From: an uncultured Pyrinomonadaceae bacterium
GTDB lineage: Bacteria; Acidobacteriota; Blastocatellia; Pyrinomonadales; Pyrinomonadaceae
Direction: 5' to 3'
NCBI GenBank assembly: GCA_964236735.1
Contig: CAXSFM010000001.1
Location: 122,015-186,014, forward strand
Length of the DNA stretch: 64,000 nt
Below, one piece after another: positions 10,970-21,600 of the stretch (positions are counted from its first letter, which is position 1; every line of letters begins with the position of its first letter). Made by a program: the position numbers and the translations under genes. The notes under the pieces were generated by a model. It made no database searches. It worked only from the letters and a program-made list of their open reading frames with translations, and was not told where the DNA came from.

Positions 10970-13900
10970 ATGAAATTATCTCCGACAGAAATTTATCACG
11001 ATAGGAAAGTCTTCATCATCGGCGCGACCGGCTTCGTCGGCAAAGTCGCGCTCTCGATGCTGCTCGACCGCTTCCCCGGCGTCGGGCGCGTCTATGTCAC
11101 CGTGCGCGCTCGCTCGAAGGAAGAATCCGAGACGCGCTTCTGGAACAACGTCATCACCTCGCCGCCGTTCGATCCGATTCGCACACGCTACGGCGCGGCC
11201 TTCGAGGATTTCATCCGCGACAAAGTCCGCATCGTCAACGGCGACATCGGCGAAGACAATCTTGGCCTTACGGAAGAAGACGCGCAAGCTGTCGCCGACG
11301 ACATTGACGTGATCATCAACAGCGCGGGCAACGTCACTTTCAACCCGACGCTTGAAAGCGCGCTACGCACGAACGTCGTCGGCACACAGAACGTCATCCT
11401 GTTTGCCAAACGGATGAAGCGTCCCGCGCTCGTCCACATCTCGACGTGCTTCGTCGCGGGCAATCGTTCCGGGCCGGTGTGGGAGAGCGATCCGGTCGTT
11501 GGATACTTTCCGCGACGCGAGGAGATTCCCGGCGTCGAGTTTTCGGCGGAGCAGGAAATACGCGACTGCGCGAAACTGGCCGACCGCGTGCGCGAAGAGG
11601 CGCGCGATGCTTTGCAGGCCGCGCGCTTTCGTGAGAACGCGCGCAAGCGCCTTATCGAAGAGGGACGCAACCCCGACGACCTCGACGCGATGGGCTTGGC
11701 CGTCGCGCGCGAGCGCAAAATCTGGACGCGCGAGCGTCTGACGGAACTCGGCATCGAGCGCGCGGAGTTCTGGGGCTGGCCGAATATTTACACCTACACG
11801 AAGAGTCTCGGCGAACAACTCGTCGCCGCCGAGACGGATGTCGTGCGCGCCATCGTGCGCCCGTCCATCGTCGAGTCGGCCATCAAATTTCCCTTCCCCG
11901 GCTGGAACGAAGGCTTCACGACAACCGCGCCGCTCATCTTCATCGCGCTCAAAGGCCAGACGCAGATTCCCGTCAACGAAAAGTTGATTCTCGACATCAC
12001 GCCCGTTGATCAAGTCGCCGCCGTGATGCTCGCCGTCGCGGCGGAAGCGTGCGTGCGCGAGCCGCGCCTCGTCTTTCAGGCCGCGACCGGCGACAGCAAT
12101 CCGAACGACATGGAGCGCATCGTCGGCTTACTCGGTCTCTACAAGCGACAGCATTTCCAGGATAAGGAAACCGGCTTCCGAATCGTCAATGCCATCGCCG
12201 GGCGCATGGAAGCGCGTCCCGTCACGCCTTCGCGTTTTGATAAAACCTCGACGCCGATGGTCAACGCGGCGGCGAAGAAAGTTTCCTCCTTACTCGAACG
12301 CGCGCGCCCGCGTTGGGGCGGCGGTCGCCTGACCGATGTCATTGACAGCGCGCGTCAACAAATTGATCGTCTCGAAGAACTGACGCACGAAACCAAAGAA
12401 GCGTTCGAGATGTTTCGTCCCTTCATGGTCGAGAATGCTTACGTCTTCCGCGCCGACAACGTGCGCTCGCTCTTCGCGCAAATTCGTGCGGACGAGCGGC
12501 AACTGCTGACGTGGAACCCGGACAAGTTCGATTGGTACGACTACTGGATGCACGTCCATTTTCCGGGCTTGCAGAAATGGGTTTTCCCGACGCTCGAAGA
12601 AGACATGCGCGCGCAGCCGAAGCGCGCTTACACCTATCGCGATTTGCTCGAACTCTTCGAGACTTCGACGAAACGTTTCAGCACGCGCGTCGCCATGCGG
12701 ATCGAGCGCGACGGGCAGAAAGAGCAATACACCTACGCCGACTTGCAGGAACTGGCGACGCGCGCCGCCGCCTTCTTCGCCAGTCGCGGAGTCAAGCCGG
12801 CGGACAGAGTCGTGCTCGCCAGCCACAATGCGCCCGAATGGGGCATGAGTTATTTCGGCGTCCTCAAAGCCGGCGCGACGTGCGTGCCGGTTGACCCTGA
12901 AAGCTCGACGGAGGAACTCGTCAACTTCGTGCGCGCGAGCGGCGCGGTCGGAATTATCATCAACGCGAAAGTTGACGAGGCGCACGCAGACCTCGCCGAT
13001 GCGCTGACTCTCGCGGGACTGACAGTGACGCAAATCTGGCGGACGGCTGAGGTTTTCGAGTTAACCGACGAGGCGATGGAAGACGCGCGCATCGCACTGC
13101 TTCCCAGCCGCGTGACGGCGAACACGACGGCCTCTCTCATCTTCACTTCGGGCACGACGGGACAGCCGAAGGGCGTCATGCTCACGCACAAGAATCTGAC
13201 CAACATGGTCTCGATGCTCTCGTCCGTCTTCGACATGGACACGAGCGACGGCGTGCTCTCCGTGCTTCCGCTTTATCACACGTTCGAGTTCTCGACCGGC
13301 TTCCTAACGCCGTTCAGTCGCGGCACGCAGATAACTTATCTCGAAGAATTAAACAGCGACGAACTGGCGCGCGCCGTCAAAGACGGGCACGTCACGGGAA
13401 TGGTCGGCGTGCCCGCTTTGTGGGAGTTGCTGCATCGCCGCATCAACAATCGCTTGCACGAAAACAACGTCTGGGTCGGACGCGCGGCGGACATTATGAT
13501 GAGCGCGAACGGCTGGCTGCGCGACAATACGCCGCTTAATCTCGGACAAATTCTCTTCCGCCCGATTCATCAGGGACTCGGCGGGCACATCCGATATTTC
13601 ATCAGCGGCGGCTCGTCTCTCAATGAAAAAGTGAAGCGCGACATGCACCAACTCGGCTTCACCATCCTCGAAGGCTACGGGCTGACCGAAGCCTCGCCGG
13701 TGCTGACCGTCACGCGCCCGCAGAATCGCCTGATGCGGACGAGCGTCGGCAAGGCTCTGCCCGGCGTTGAACTCCGCATCAACGACGCGGACGCGAGCGG
13801 CGTCGGCGAAGTCGTCGCGCGCGGGCCCAATGTGATGGCCGGTTATTTTCAAAACGAGGAGGCGACCAAACTCGCGCTCATCAATCGCTGGCTCTACACG

Positions 13901-15439
13901 GGCGATCTCGGACGCCTTGATGATGAAGGCAATCTCTATCTCGTCGGACGCTCGAAAGAAATCATCGTTGACACGAACGGCAAGAATGTTTACCCGGACG
14001 AGATCGAAGAGTTGTACAGCGATTCGCCGTTTATCGAAGAGATCGGCGTCGTCGGTTTGACGGAGAGCGTCGGCGAAAAAATCGCCTGCATCGTCGTCCC
14101 GAACTACGATCACGACATCGCACTTTCGCGTGATGAAGTGCGCCGCAAAATCGAAAATCATTTCCGCGACGTGTCTTCGACGCTTCCCTTTTATAAGCGC
14201 GTCAAGTCGCTCTATTTCACGGACAGTGAACTGCCGCGCACGCCGACGAAGAAGGTCAAGCGGCGCGAAGTCGTCAAGATTATCGAATCGCTCGAAGAAA
14301 GTTTGCGTGCGGGATTGCGTGAAGGCGGCGCGGAAACTGCGTCGGCAACAACGTCAGGCAAGCGACAGAGCGATGCGGGTTGGCTCCTTGATGTCGTCGC
14401 CACCGTCGCCAACAAGCCACGCGCGCAAGTCACGCTCGATACGCGCCTCGCCGAACTCGGCTTCGATAGTTTGATGTTCGTCGAGCTTGCTTCTTCAATC
14501 GAAGGCGCGGGAGGCACGCTCACCTCGCCCGACTCGCTCAACGAAGTGCAAACCGTGCGCGAACTGCAAACGGTCGTCACGCGCAAACCGACCGTTGCCG
14601 AGCGACGCGCCGCAGAAGCGCGCGCCGCAGAAGAATTGCGCGAGGACGACGCGGAAATTTTCATTCCTTCCGTTGTCCGCACGGTCGGCAACAAAGGTCT
14701 CGATTATTTACAGAGTCTCTTTTATCAAAAGTTCCTGCACACGCAGGTCGAAGGCGAGACGAACATTCCCGTCCATACGAATTTCATCGTCGCCGCCAAC
14801 CACTCTTCGCACCTCGACATGGGACTCGTCAAAATGGCGCTCGGCGAGCAGGGGCGCGACATGGTGGCGCTCGCCGCCGCCGATTATTTTTTCGACAACA
14901 AATACAAGCGCGCCTACATGGACAACTTCACGAACCTCGTGCCCATTGAGCGTTCGGGCAGCCTTCGCAAGTCGCTCCGCCACGCGCGCTCGTTCCTTGA
15001 GCGCGGCTACACAGCCCTCATCTTCCCCGAAGGCACGCGCTCGATGACGGGCGAGTTGGACGAGTTCAAGCCCATCATCGGCTATCTCGCGCTCTCAACA
15101 CGGACGGGAATTTTACCGCTTCATTTGCAGGGCACTTACGCGGCGATGCCGAAAGGCTCGAACGTTATCAAGAGCCGCGAGGTGGGCGCGCGCGTCGGTC
15201 ATTTCCTTTCCATCGAAGAACTCGAAGACCTAACGCACGGGATGCCGAAGTCAGAGGCGTACCGTCTCGTCGCCGCGCTCGTCCATCACGAGATTGAAAA
15301 CTTGCGCGACGGCACGCGCCACGCTTTCGACGCCAAGTCGCTGCGCCGACGCTGGCGCACGGAGCGACGCGCCGCCGCACACGAAGAGACGGGTGACGAG
15401 ACGACACATGACGACACCTTCATTGCGACCGGCGACTGA
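10970..15439 (+). CDS. Multidomain lipid-biosynthesis enzyme: fatty-acyl reductase (NAD_binding_4) - AMP-dependent ligase - ACP - 1-acyl-sn-glycerol-3-phosphate acyltransferase (ElbD-like)
   Basis: N-terminal IGATGFVGK plus YTYTK reductase motifs. Central AMP-binding LIFTSGTTGQPKGVMLTHKNL. Phosphopantetheine site LGFDSLMFVEL. C-terminal acyltransferase HxxxxD (NHSSHLD) and FPEGTRS. Confidence 0.85.
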   Translation: MKLSPTEIYHDRKVFIIGATGFVGKVALSMLLDRFPGVGRVYVTVRARSKEESETRFWNNVITSPPFDPIRTRYGAAFEDFIRDKVRIVNGDIGEDNLGLTEEDAQAVADDIDVIINSAGNVTFNPTLESALRTNVVGTQNVILFAKRMKRPALVHISTCFVAGNRSGPVWESDPVVGYFPRREEIPGVEFSAEQEIRDCAKLADRVREEARDALQAARFRENARKRLIEEGRNPDDLDAMGLAVARERKIWTRERLTELGIERAEFWGWPNIYTYTKSLGEQLVAAETDVVRAIVRPSIVESAIKFPFPGWNEGFTTTAPLIFIALKGQTQIPVNEKLILDITPVDQVAAVMLAVAAEACVREPRLVFQAATGDSNPNDMERIVGLLGLYKRQHFQDKETGFRIVNAIAGRMEARPVTPSRFDKTSTPMVNAAAKKVSSLLERARPRWGGGRLTDVIDSARQQIDRLEELTHETKEAFEMFRPFMVENAYVFRADNVRSLFAQIRADERQLLTWNPDKFDWYDYWMHVHFPGLQKWVFPTLEEDMRAQPKRAYTYRDLLELFETSTKRFSTRVAMRIERDGQKEQYTYADLQELATRAAAFFASRGVKPADRVVLASHNAPEWGMSYFGVLKAGATCVPVDPESSTEELVNFVRASGAVGIIINAKVDEAHADLADALTLAGLTVTQIWRTAEVFELTDEAMEDARIALLPSRVTANTTASLIFTSGTTGQPKGVMLTHKNLTNMVSMLSSVFDMDTSDGVLSVLPLYHTFEFSTGFLTPFSRGTQITYLEELNSDELARAVKDGHVTGMVGVPALWELLHRRINNRLHENNVWVGRAADIMMSANGWLRDNTPLNLGQILFRPIHQGLGGHIRYFISGGSSLNEKVKRDMHQLGFTILEGYGLTEASPVLTVTRPQNRLMRTSVGKALPGVELRINDADASGVGEVVARGPNVMAGYFQNEEATKLALINRWLYTGDLGRLDDEGNLYLVGRSKEIIVDTNGKNVYPDEIEELYSDSPFIEEIGVVGLTESVGEKIACIVVPNYDHDIALSRDEVRRKIENHFRDVSSTLPFYKRVKSLYFTDSELPRTPTKKVKRREVVKIIESLEESLRAGLREGGAETASATTSGKRQSDAGWLLDVVATVANKPRAQVTLDTRLAELGFDSLMFVELASSIEGAGGTLTSPDSLNEVQTVRELQTVVTRKPTVAERRAAEARAAEELREDDAEIFIPSVVRTVGNKGLDYLQSLFYQKFLHTQVEGETNIPVHTNFIVAANHSSHLDMGLVKMALGEQGRDMVALAAADYFFDNKYKRAYMDNFTNLVPIERSGSLRKSLRHARSFLERGYTALIFPEGTRSMTGELDEFKPIIGYLALSTRTGILPLHLQGTYAAMPKGSNVIKSREVGARVGHFLSIEELEDLTHGMPKSEAYRLVAALVHHEIENLRDGTRHAFDAKSLRRRWRTERRAAAHEETGDETTHDDTFIATGD

Positions 15440-16641
15440 TGAAGCCGGCGACAAACCAAATCAACGACACGATGCCAACCAAACGCCGCGCGCCAACTAA
15501 AACAGCAACGCCGAAAAAAGCGACGAAGGCTCCTATCAAAGCCGCTGCCAAATCCGTCGTCGAATCCACCAAGCGCAAGCCTGCGACGAAAAAATCCGCC
15601 GCTGTCAAGACGCTCGCGAAGCGGCCTCGTCCCGTCACGCTTGTCACGGGCGGGACGGGTTTTCTCGGCCAGCATCTCGTGCGCCTGCTCGTCGCGGAAG
15701 GCGTCGAGAACGTGCGCGTGTTCTCGACCTCGGCTCCTTCGTGGCTCTCGGAAAGCGGCGTCGAATCCATTCAAGGCTCAATCACTTCGCCGCAGGATGT
15801 AGCGCGTGCGGTCGAGGGCGTCGCGGAGATTTATCATCTGGCGGGCCGCGTCTCGCTTAACAAGGAAGACGCGCACGAGATGTTCGCGCTCCACGTCGAA
15901 GGCACGCGCGTACTCTGTCAGGCAGCGGCGACGGCGGGAGTGAAAAGTATCGTCATGGCTTCGACGAGCGGCACGGTGGCTGTCACGGAGACGGGCGATG
16001 TCGTGCCGGATGAAGACTGGCCGACGCCGCTTGAGATTATCTCGCGCTGGCCTTACTACGCGAGCAAGCTGTATCAGGAAACGGTCGCGCGCGAAAAATT
16101 TGCGGGCGACGGGCGGCGGCTCGTGATCGTCAATCCGAGTCTCCTACTCGGCCCCGGCGATGAGCGTCTCAGTTCGACGAAAGTCGTGCTCGATTTTCTC
16201 GCGCGCAAAATTATGTCCGTGCCGAAAGGCGGTCTGAGCTTCGTGGACGTGCGCGATGCGGCGCGCGCGCTGTTGGCGGCGATGGAGCGCGGCGCAGATG
16301 GCGAGCGTTATTTGCTCGGCGCAGCCAACTGGACGTTCAATGATTTTTTCGGACGGCTCGAACGCATCACCAAAGTCGCCGCCCCGCGCCTGACGCTTCC
16401 GTCAAAACTCGCCGTCAACGGCGCGAAAGGTTTGAACGCGCTCTTCCGTCACTGGAAACTCACGCCGCCCGTCGAGCCGGTCGAAGTGGAAATGGCTGAC
16501 TACTTCTGGTATCTGGATGCGTCGAAGGCTGTGCGTGATTTAGCGTTCGCGCCGCGCGATCCATCCGAGACTCTGTTCGAGACTGTCACTTACGTGCGCG
16601 AAAATTTTCTCGATAATGCAGCCTTCAGCCGCGCCGTTTGA
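15439..16641 (+). CDS. NAD-dependent epimerase/dehydratase family (extended SDR) protein with Lys/Ala/Pro-rich N-terminal tail
   Basis: VTGGTGFLGQHLV Rossmann motif and YYASK catalytic dyad. Start codon overlaps the stop of the upstream gene (ATGA), suggesting translational coupling. Residues 1-65 are low-complexity K/A/T/P. Confidence 0.75.
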   Translation: MKPATNQINDTMPTKRRAPTKTATPKKATKAPIKAAAKSVVESTKRKPATKKSAAVKTLAKRPRPVTLVTGGTGFLGQHLVRLLVAEGVENVRVFSTSAPSWLSESGVESIQGSITSPQDVARAVEGVAEIYHLAGRVSLNKEDAHEMFALHVEGTRVLCQAAATAGVKSIVMASTSGTVAVTETGDVVPDEDWPTPLEIISRWPYYASKLYQETVAREKFAGDGRRLVIVNPSLLLGPGDERLSSTKVVLDFLARKIMSVPKGGLSFVDVRDAARALLAAMERGADGERYLLGAANWTFNDFFGRLERITKVAAPRLTLPSKLAVNGAKGLNALFRHWKLTPPVEPVEVEMADYFWYLDASKAVRDLAFAPRDPSETLFETVTYVRENFLDNAAFSRAV

Positions 16642-16648
16642 ACAGAAT

Positions 16649-17593
16649 TTAGAGCGGGCATCTCACGCGCAGCGCGAGCGGCAGAATTTCAAATCGTGCG
16701 GGCAAACGTCCGACTAATTCGCCGTCAACTTCCAACTCAACATCTTCATTTGAAGCCGCACGCACCGCGACTTTTCGCGCGCATGCGTGGCGCACATCTT
16801 TCATTCCGAGATGCGTGCCGAGATAGACGCGGTACGAATTCGCCAGTATCGAAAGCGGGCTGAGATCGCCGATGGCGACGACATCGAACGCGCCGTCGTT
16901 AACTTTCGCTTCGGGCGCGACGCGCATTCCGCCGCCGAAATATTGCGCGTTCGCCACGCAGAAATTCGTCACCGTCAGGCGCGACTCCGCGCCTTCATCC
17001 AAACGCACATGCACCGCAGGCTTCTCGAAGGTCAGCGTCTCCTTGAGCGCCGCCGACGCGAAGGATAATTTGCCGCCGCCGAGCAGTCGCGACGCGCCGG
17101 ACGAGAGCAACTTATCTTCCTTGACGCGCCTGACGACCGCGCCGCCTATTCCGCACGAAGCGACGTTGATAAAGTGTCGCGTCTCTTCCGCGCCCGCCTC
17201 GTTGACAAAAGTGACGCGCCCCGCATCCATCAGTCGCGTCCGCCCATTTTTCAAAACCTGCGCCGCTTCCGCTCCGCGCGTCGCTATTTTCAGAGTGCGA
17301 CGAAAATCTCCGCCCGTCCCGCTCGGCAAGATTCCCAACTCCGCGCCCGCGCCCGATTGAAGAATGCCATCCGCGACTTCCGAGATCGTCCCATCGCCTC
17401 CGCAAGCGATAATGAAGCGACGGCCTGACTCTGCCTCGCGTCGTGCGATAGAAGATGCGTCGCGACTCGCTTTCGTGAAGGCGCAATTAAACGCACCGAA
17501 GTGCCGCCGCAAATCGCTGGCAAGTCCCGGCCATGCCGCGCCGGTCGCGCCGCCTGCGGATGCGGGATTGATGATGACGAGCGGCAGAGGCAT
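16649..17593 (-). CDS. Diacylglycerol-kinase-catalytic-domain lipid kinase (YegS/BmrU-like)
   Basis: IINPASAGG ... ACGGDGT ... GGG motifs of the DAGK_cat family. Start placed at the internal Met (MPLPLVIINP), since the longer track ORF begins inside the 17607-17660 hairpin. Confidence 0.7.
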   Translation of the reverse strand: MPLPLVIINPASAGGATGAAWPGLASDLRRHFGAFNCAFTKASRDASSIARREAESGRRFIIACGGDGTISEVADGILQSGAGAELGILPSGTGGDFRRTLKIATRGAEAAQVLKNGRTRLMDAGRVTFVNEAGAEETRHFINVASCGIGGAVVRRVKEDKLLSSGASRLLGGGKLSFASAALKETLTFEKPAVHVRLDEGAESRLTVTNFCVANAQYFGGGMRVAPEAKVNDGAFDVVAIGDLSPLSILANSYRVYLGTHLGMKDVRHACARKVAVRAASNEDVELEVDGELVGRLPARFEILPLALRVRCPL

Positions 17594-17606
17594 CAAAATT
17601 TTCTTA

Positions 17607-17660
17607 GCGTCTTTGCGCCTTTGCGTGAAAATCATTGCTCACGCAAAGGCGCAAAGACGC
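17607..17660. repeat. Intercistronic hairpin (22-nt arms) between the PlsC-like gene and the lipid-kinase gene
   Basis: gcgtctttgcgcctttgcgtga / tcacgcaaaggcgcaaagacgc are exact reverse complements with a 10-nt loop. Confidence 0.9.
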
Positions 17661-17682
17661 AGTTAAGACACAAGAGAAATCA

Positions 17683-18588
17683 TCAGGAACTGGCGCGAAA
17701 AGTTGACGAGGCGATGGTTGTTTGTCGCTTCGCTTCCGCCAGACGCGCGGCGCGATCCTGCTCGCCGAGTTCGGCGATCTTGCTCATCACGTAGTCCGCG
17801 ATTTCTTTGTACGTGCGGACTGAGTCTCGCCGCTCAAGATAGTCCGCGAAGTCGAGAGCTTCTCCGAAGTGGATGCGTATGTGTTCGCCGCCGCGCCAGT
17901 TGCCGAGCACTTGCTGCGGAAGGTCATTGCTAAGTCCAGCGATGAAGACGGGAATAACCTGCGGGTTCGCTTCCTTGATAAGTTTGCCGATGCCCGGCTG
18001 CGGGCGCAGGTACGTGTACGGGTCGTCGTTTTTGTTGCGCGTGCCTTCAGGGTGAAAGCCGATGATGTGCCCTTCGCCTTCGCGACAGAGTTGCGCCAGC
18101 AGCCGCAGCGAATATTTATCAAAGTCGCGCTTGTCTGTGAGCGGGTTTTCACCCGACGCGAAAAACGGCGGGTACATAGACCACCAGCCCATCAGGAAGT
18201 TGACGATGAGGCCGAGCGGCGAGTCGTAGAAAAAACGCCCGCGCACGGGAAAGAAAAGTTTTTTTCGCCAGCGCGTTCGTCGAAAGAGCACGCTTGAGAC
18301 GGCGTAGAGATCGAAGAATGAGCGATGGTTAGCGACGAGCAGCAGCGGGCGTTCGTGCGAGACGGACTCGACGTGTTCGAGGCCATAGACGCGCATGATG
18401 TTGTAAGTGGCGAGGTGTATCCAGCCCGCGCCGAAGATACGCTGGCAGAAAGTCCAGAGACGTTTCCAACCGCCCTCATTCATCCGGCGCGTGAAGCGGA
18501 AAGCGAAACGCTCGAAGCCCGACAAGACGCGCAGCTCATCCGGCGTCGGCTCTAATCTCTCAATATTTTTCTGCGTTGTGCTCATCAA
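17683..18588 (-). CDS. 1-acyl-sn-glycerol-3-phosphate acyltransferase (PlsC-like lysophospholipid acyltransferase)
   Basis: HxxxxD motif NHRSFFD and HPEGTRN, ~300 aa. Confidence 0.8.
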   Translation of the reverse strand: MMSTTQKNIERLEPTPDELRVLSGFERFAFRFTRRMNEGGWKRLWTFCQRIFGAGWIHLATYNIMRVYGLEHVESVSHERPLLLVANHRSFFDLYAVSSVLFRRTRWRKKLFFPVRGRFFYDSPLGLIVNFLMGWWSMYPPFFASGENPLTDKRDFDKYSLRLLAQLCREGEGHIIGFHPEGTRNKNDDPYTYLRPQPGIGKLIKEANPQVIPVFIAGLSNDLPQQVLGNWRGGEHIRIHFGEALDFADYLERRDSVRTYKEIADYVMSKIAELGEQDRAARLAEAKRQTTIASSTFRASS

Positions 18589-18592
18589 AAAA

Positions 18593-18658
18593 GTTCAAGG
18601 TTCAAGATTCAAAGTTAATGATGCGCCAACTTTGAAGTTTGAACTTTGAACCTTGAAC
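18593..18658. repeat. Intercistronic imperfect hairpin built from GTTCAAG-like heptamers, between metH and the PlsC-like gene
   Basis: gttcaaggttcaagattcaaagtt ... aactttgaagtttgaactttgaaccttgaac. The arms are complementary, with one extra repeat unit on the 3' side. Confidence 0.8.
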
Positions 18659-18664
18659 TCGATT

Positions 18665-21600
18665 CTAATCTATCGAGAAGTATTTCGCTTCCTCGTGATG
18701 CACGATAATCGCGGAAGTAGATTGCTCCGGCACGAGTTGAAACTCCTCGCTCAGTTCTACTTCGATGCGCGCGGGGTCGAGCAACTCGAAGAGTTTGACT
18801 TGATCCTCAAGATTCGGGCAGGCCGGGTAGCCGAAGCTGAAACGCGAGCCTTGATAGCCTTGATGGAAAAGTTTCGTCATCTCTTTCGCGTCGCGCGCGG
18901 CGATGCCGAGTTCTTCGCGGATGCGCTTGTGCCAGAGTTCGGCGAGCGCTTCCGCGCACTCGACCGAGAGGCCGTGAAAGTAGAGATAGTCCGCGTAGTT
19001 GTCAGCCTTGAAAAGTTCCTGCGCGTAATCGCTCGCGCGTCGCCCGACGGTGACGAGGTGAAACGGCACGACATCAACGCGCCCCGAATTTTTTGACGCG
19101 AAGTAATCCGCGAGACACAGGCACTTGCCCGCCGGCTGGCGCGGAAAAGTGAAATGCAAACGCTCGGTGCGCTCGTCGTCTTCGTAGATGATGAGGTCGT
19201 TGCCTTCGGACTGGCAGGGGAAATATCCATAGACGACGCGCGGCGTCAAAAGTTGCTCGCGCTTCGCACGCTCTTTCAATTCTTGATAGACCGGTCGCAC
19301 CTTGCCGCTCACGAGCGCACTGTAGTCTTCCGCCGAACTCCTGCCCTGTTTGAATTGCCACTGGCCTTTGAAGAGCGCGGTTTCGTTGACGAAGGCGAAA
19401 ACGTCGTCGAGCGCGATGTCTTCAACGACACGCGAGCCGTAAAAAGGCGCGCGGGGAATCGGCGCGTCCGGGTTCACGTCGGAGCGCGTCGTGTGCGTCG
19501 TATCGCCGCTGATGCGCGTGGCAGCGCGCGTGCGAGCGACAGGGGCGCGGATGCCGAGTTTCGCGTCCTCGCCCACCAAATCTTCTACATCGTCAGCGAC
19601 GCTCTCGTTCGTCGCGGACGACGCAGCAGAGGCCGCAGCGACTTTCACTTTCTCATCCATCTCTTTGCCGTTCGCCGTGTTCGTCAGTTTGTCCATGACG
19701 TGCAGGCCGTCGAAAGCGTCGCGCGCATAAAAGAGCGTGCCTTTGTAAATCGCGGTCAAATCATCTTCGACATAGCGACGTGTTAATGCCGCGCCGCCAA
19801 GCACGACGGGCACGCCGATGCCGCGCTCGTTCAAGACCGCGAGATTCTCTTTCATCACGAGCGTGGATTTGACGAGCAGGCCGCTCATCCCGATGGCGTC
19901 CGCGCCGTGCTCATCAAAGGCCGCGAGGATGTTTTCCACCGGCTGCTTGATGCCGAGATTGATGACGCGATAACCGTTGTTCGTCAGAATGATGTCCACG
20001 AGATTTTTTCCGATGTCATGCACATCGCCCTTGACGGTGGCAAGCACCATCGTCCCCTTCGCCGTCGCGCCGCCCTTCTTCTCCATGAATGGTTCGAGGA
20101 AGCGCACCGCCGTCTTCATCACTTCCGCCGATTGCAGCACGAACGGGAGTTGCATCTGCCCGCTTCCGAAAAGTTCGCCGACGACTTTCATGCCGTCGAG
20201 CAGAATGTTGTTGATGATGTCGAGCGCGGGATAACTTTCCAGCGCGACTTTCAAGTTGTCTTCGAGTCCGAGTTTCTCGCCGTCAATAACGTGCTGCTTT
20301 AGTTTCTCTTCAACCGGTAGATTGCTCGTATCCTGCTTGACGCTCTTCGTCGTCACGCCCTCAAACAACGTCGTCAGTTCGCCGAGCGGATCATAGATGC
20401 ACACATCGCCCTCGAAACGCCGCTCGTCATAGATAAGTTCGTGCGCCACCGCGCGCTCGCGCTCGCCGATGCGATTAAGCGGCACGATCTTGCTGGCGTT
20501 GACGATGGCCGCGTCGAGTCCGGCTTCGACCGCATCATGCAGAAACACGGAATTGAGCGCGACGCGCGTCGCCGTGTTGAGTCCGAACGAAATGTTCGAG
20601 ACGCCGAGAATCGTGAAGCAGCCAGGCAATTCCGCCTTGATGCGACGAATGCCGTCAATCGTTTCGACCGCGTTGCGGCGGTCTTCCTCAATGCCGGTGG
20701 AGATGGGCAGCGCGAGCGGGTCAAAGAAAATGTCGGATGCAGTGAAACCGAGTTCGCCCGTGGCCTGCTCGTAAGCGCGCTTGGCAATACGCAGTTTTCC
20801 GTCGGCGGTGCGCGCCATGCCTTCCTCGTCAATCGTGCCGATGACGACGCTCGCGCCGTAGGCTTTCGCCAGCTCGATGACTTTTTTGAAACGCTCCTCG
20901 CCGTCCTCATAATTCGTCGAGTTGAGAATGCACTTGCCGCCCGCGTGTTGAAGCCCCGCTTCCATCTTTTGCCATTCGGTCGAGTCGAGCATGAGAGGGA
21001 TTTTCACGTTCGTCACGAGCCGCGAGACGAGCGAGTGCATATCGTCCACACCATCGCGCCCGACGAAATCAACGTTGACATCGAGAATGTGCGCGCCTTC
21101 GCGTTCCTGCTCGCGAGCCAGAGAGACAAGTCCGTCCCAATCCTCCGCGTTGAGCAAGTCTCTCATCTTTTTCGAGCCGGAAGCGTTGACGCGCTCGCCG
21201 ACGATGAGAAACGAAGTGTCCTGTTGGTACGGTTGCTGGATGTAGAGCGACGAGGCGGCGGGAACGTGCGGGACTTCGCGTCTGTGCGGCGTCACGTCGC
21301 GCACGGCTTCGACGACGGCCTTGAGATGCGCGGGCGTCGTGCCGCAACAACCGCCGACGATGGAGACGCCGAGGTCGCGCGCGAAGTGGAGCAGTTCGGA
21401 CGCGAGCGACTCCGGCGTCTCTTTGTAGTGTGCGTGCCCGCCGACGTTTTCCGGGATGCCGGCGTTGGGAATGACAGAGACGGGAAATTTCGAGTTTTCG
21501 CAGAGAAAGCGCACGTTCTCCGTCATCTGCTGCGGCCCGGTCGCGCAGTTCATGCCGACGACATCAATGGCGAACGGCTCAAGCGTGGTCAGCGCGGCGT

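Noticed and set aside
17594-17635. First 14 codons of the track's lipid-kinase ORF
   Set aside because: They fall inside and just after the 17607-17660 hairpin. The internal Met at 17593 gives a conventional IINPASAGG N-terminus.
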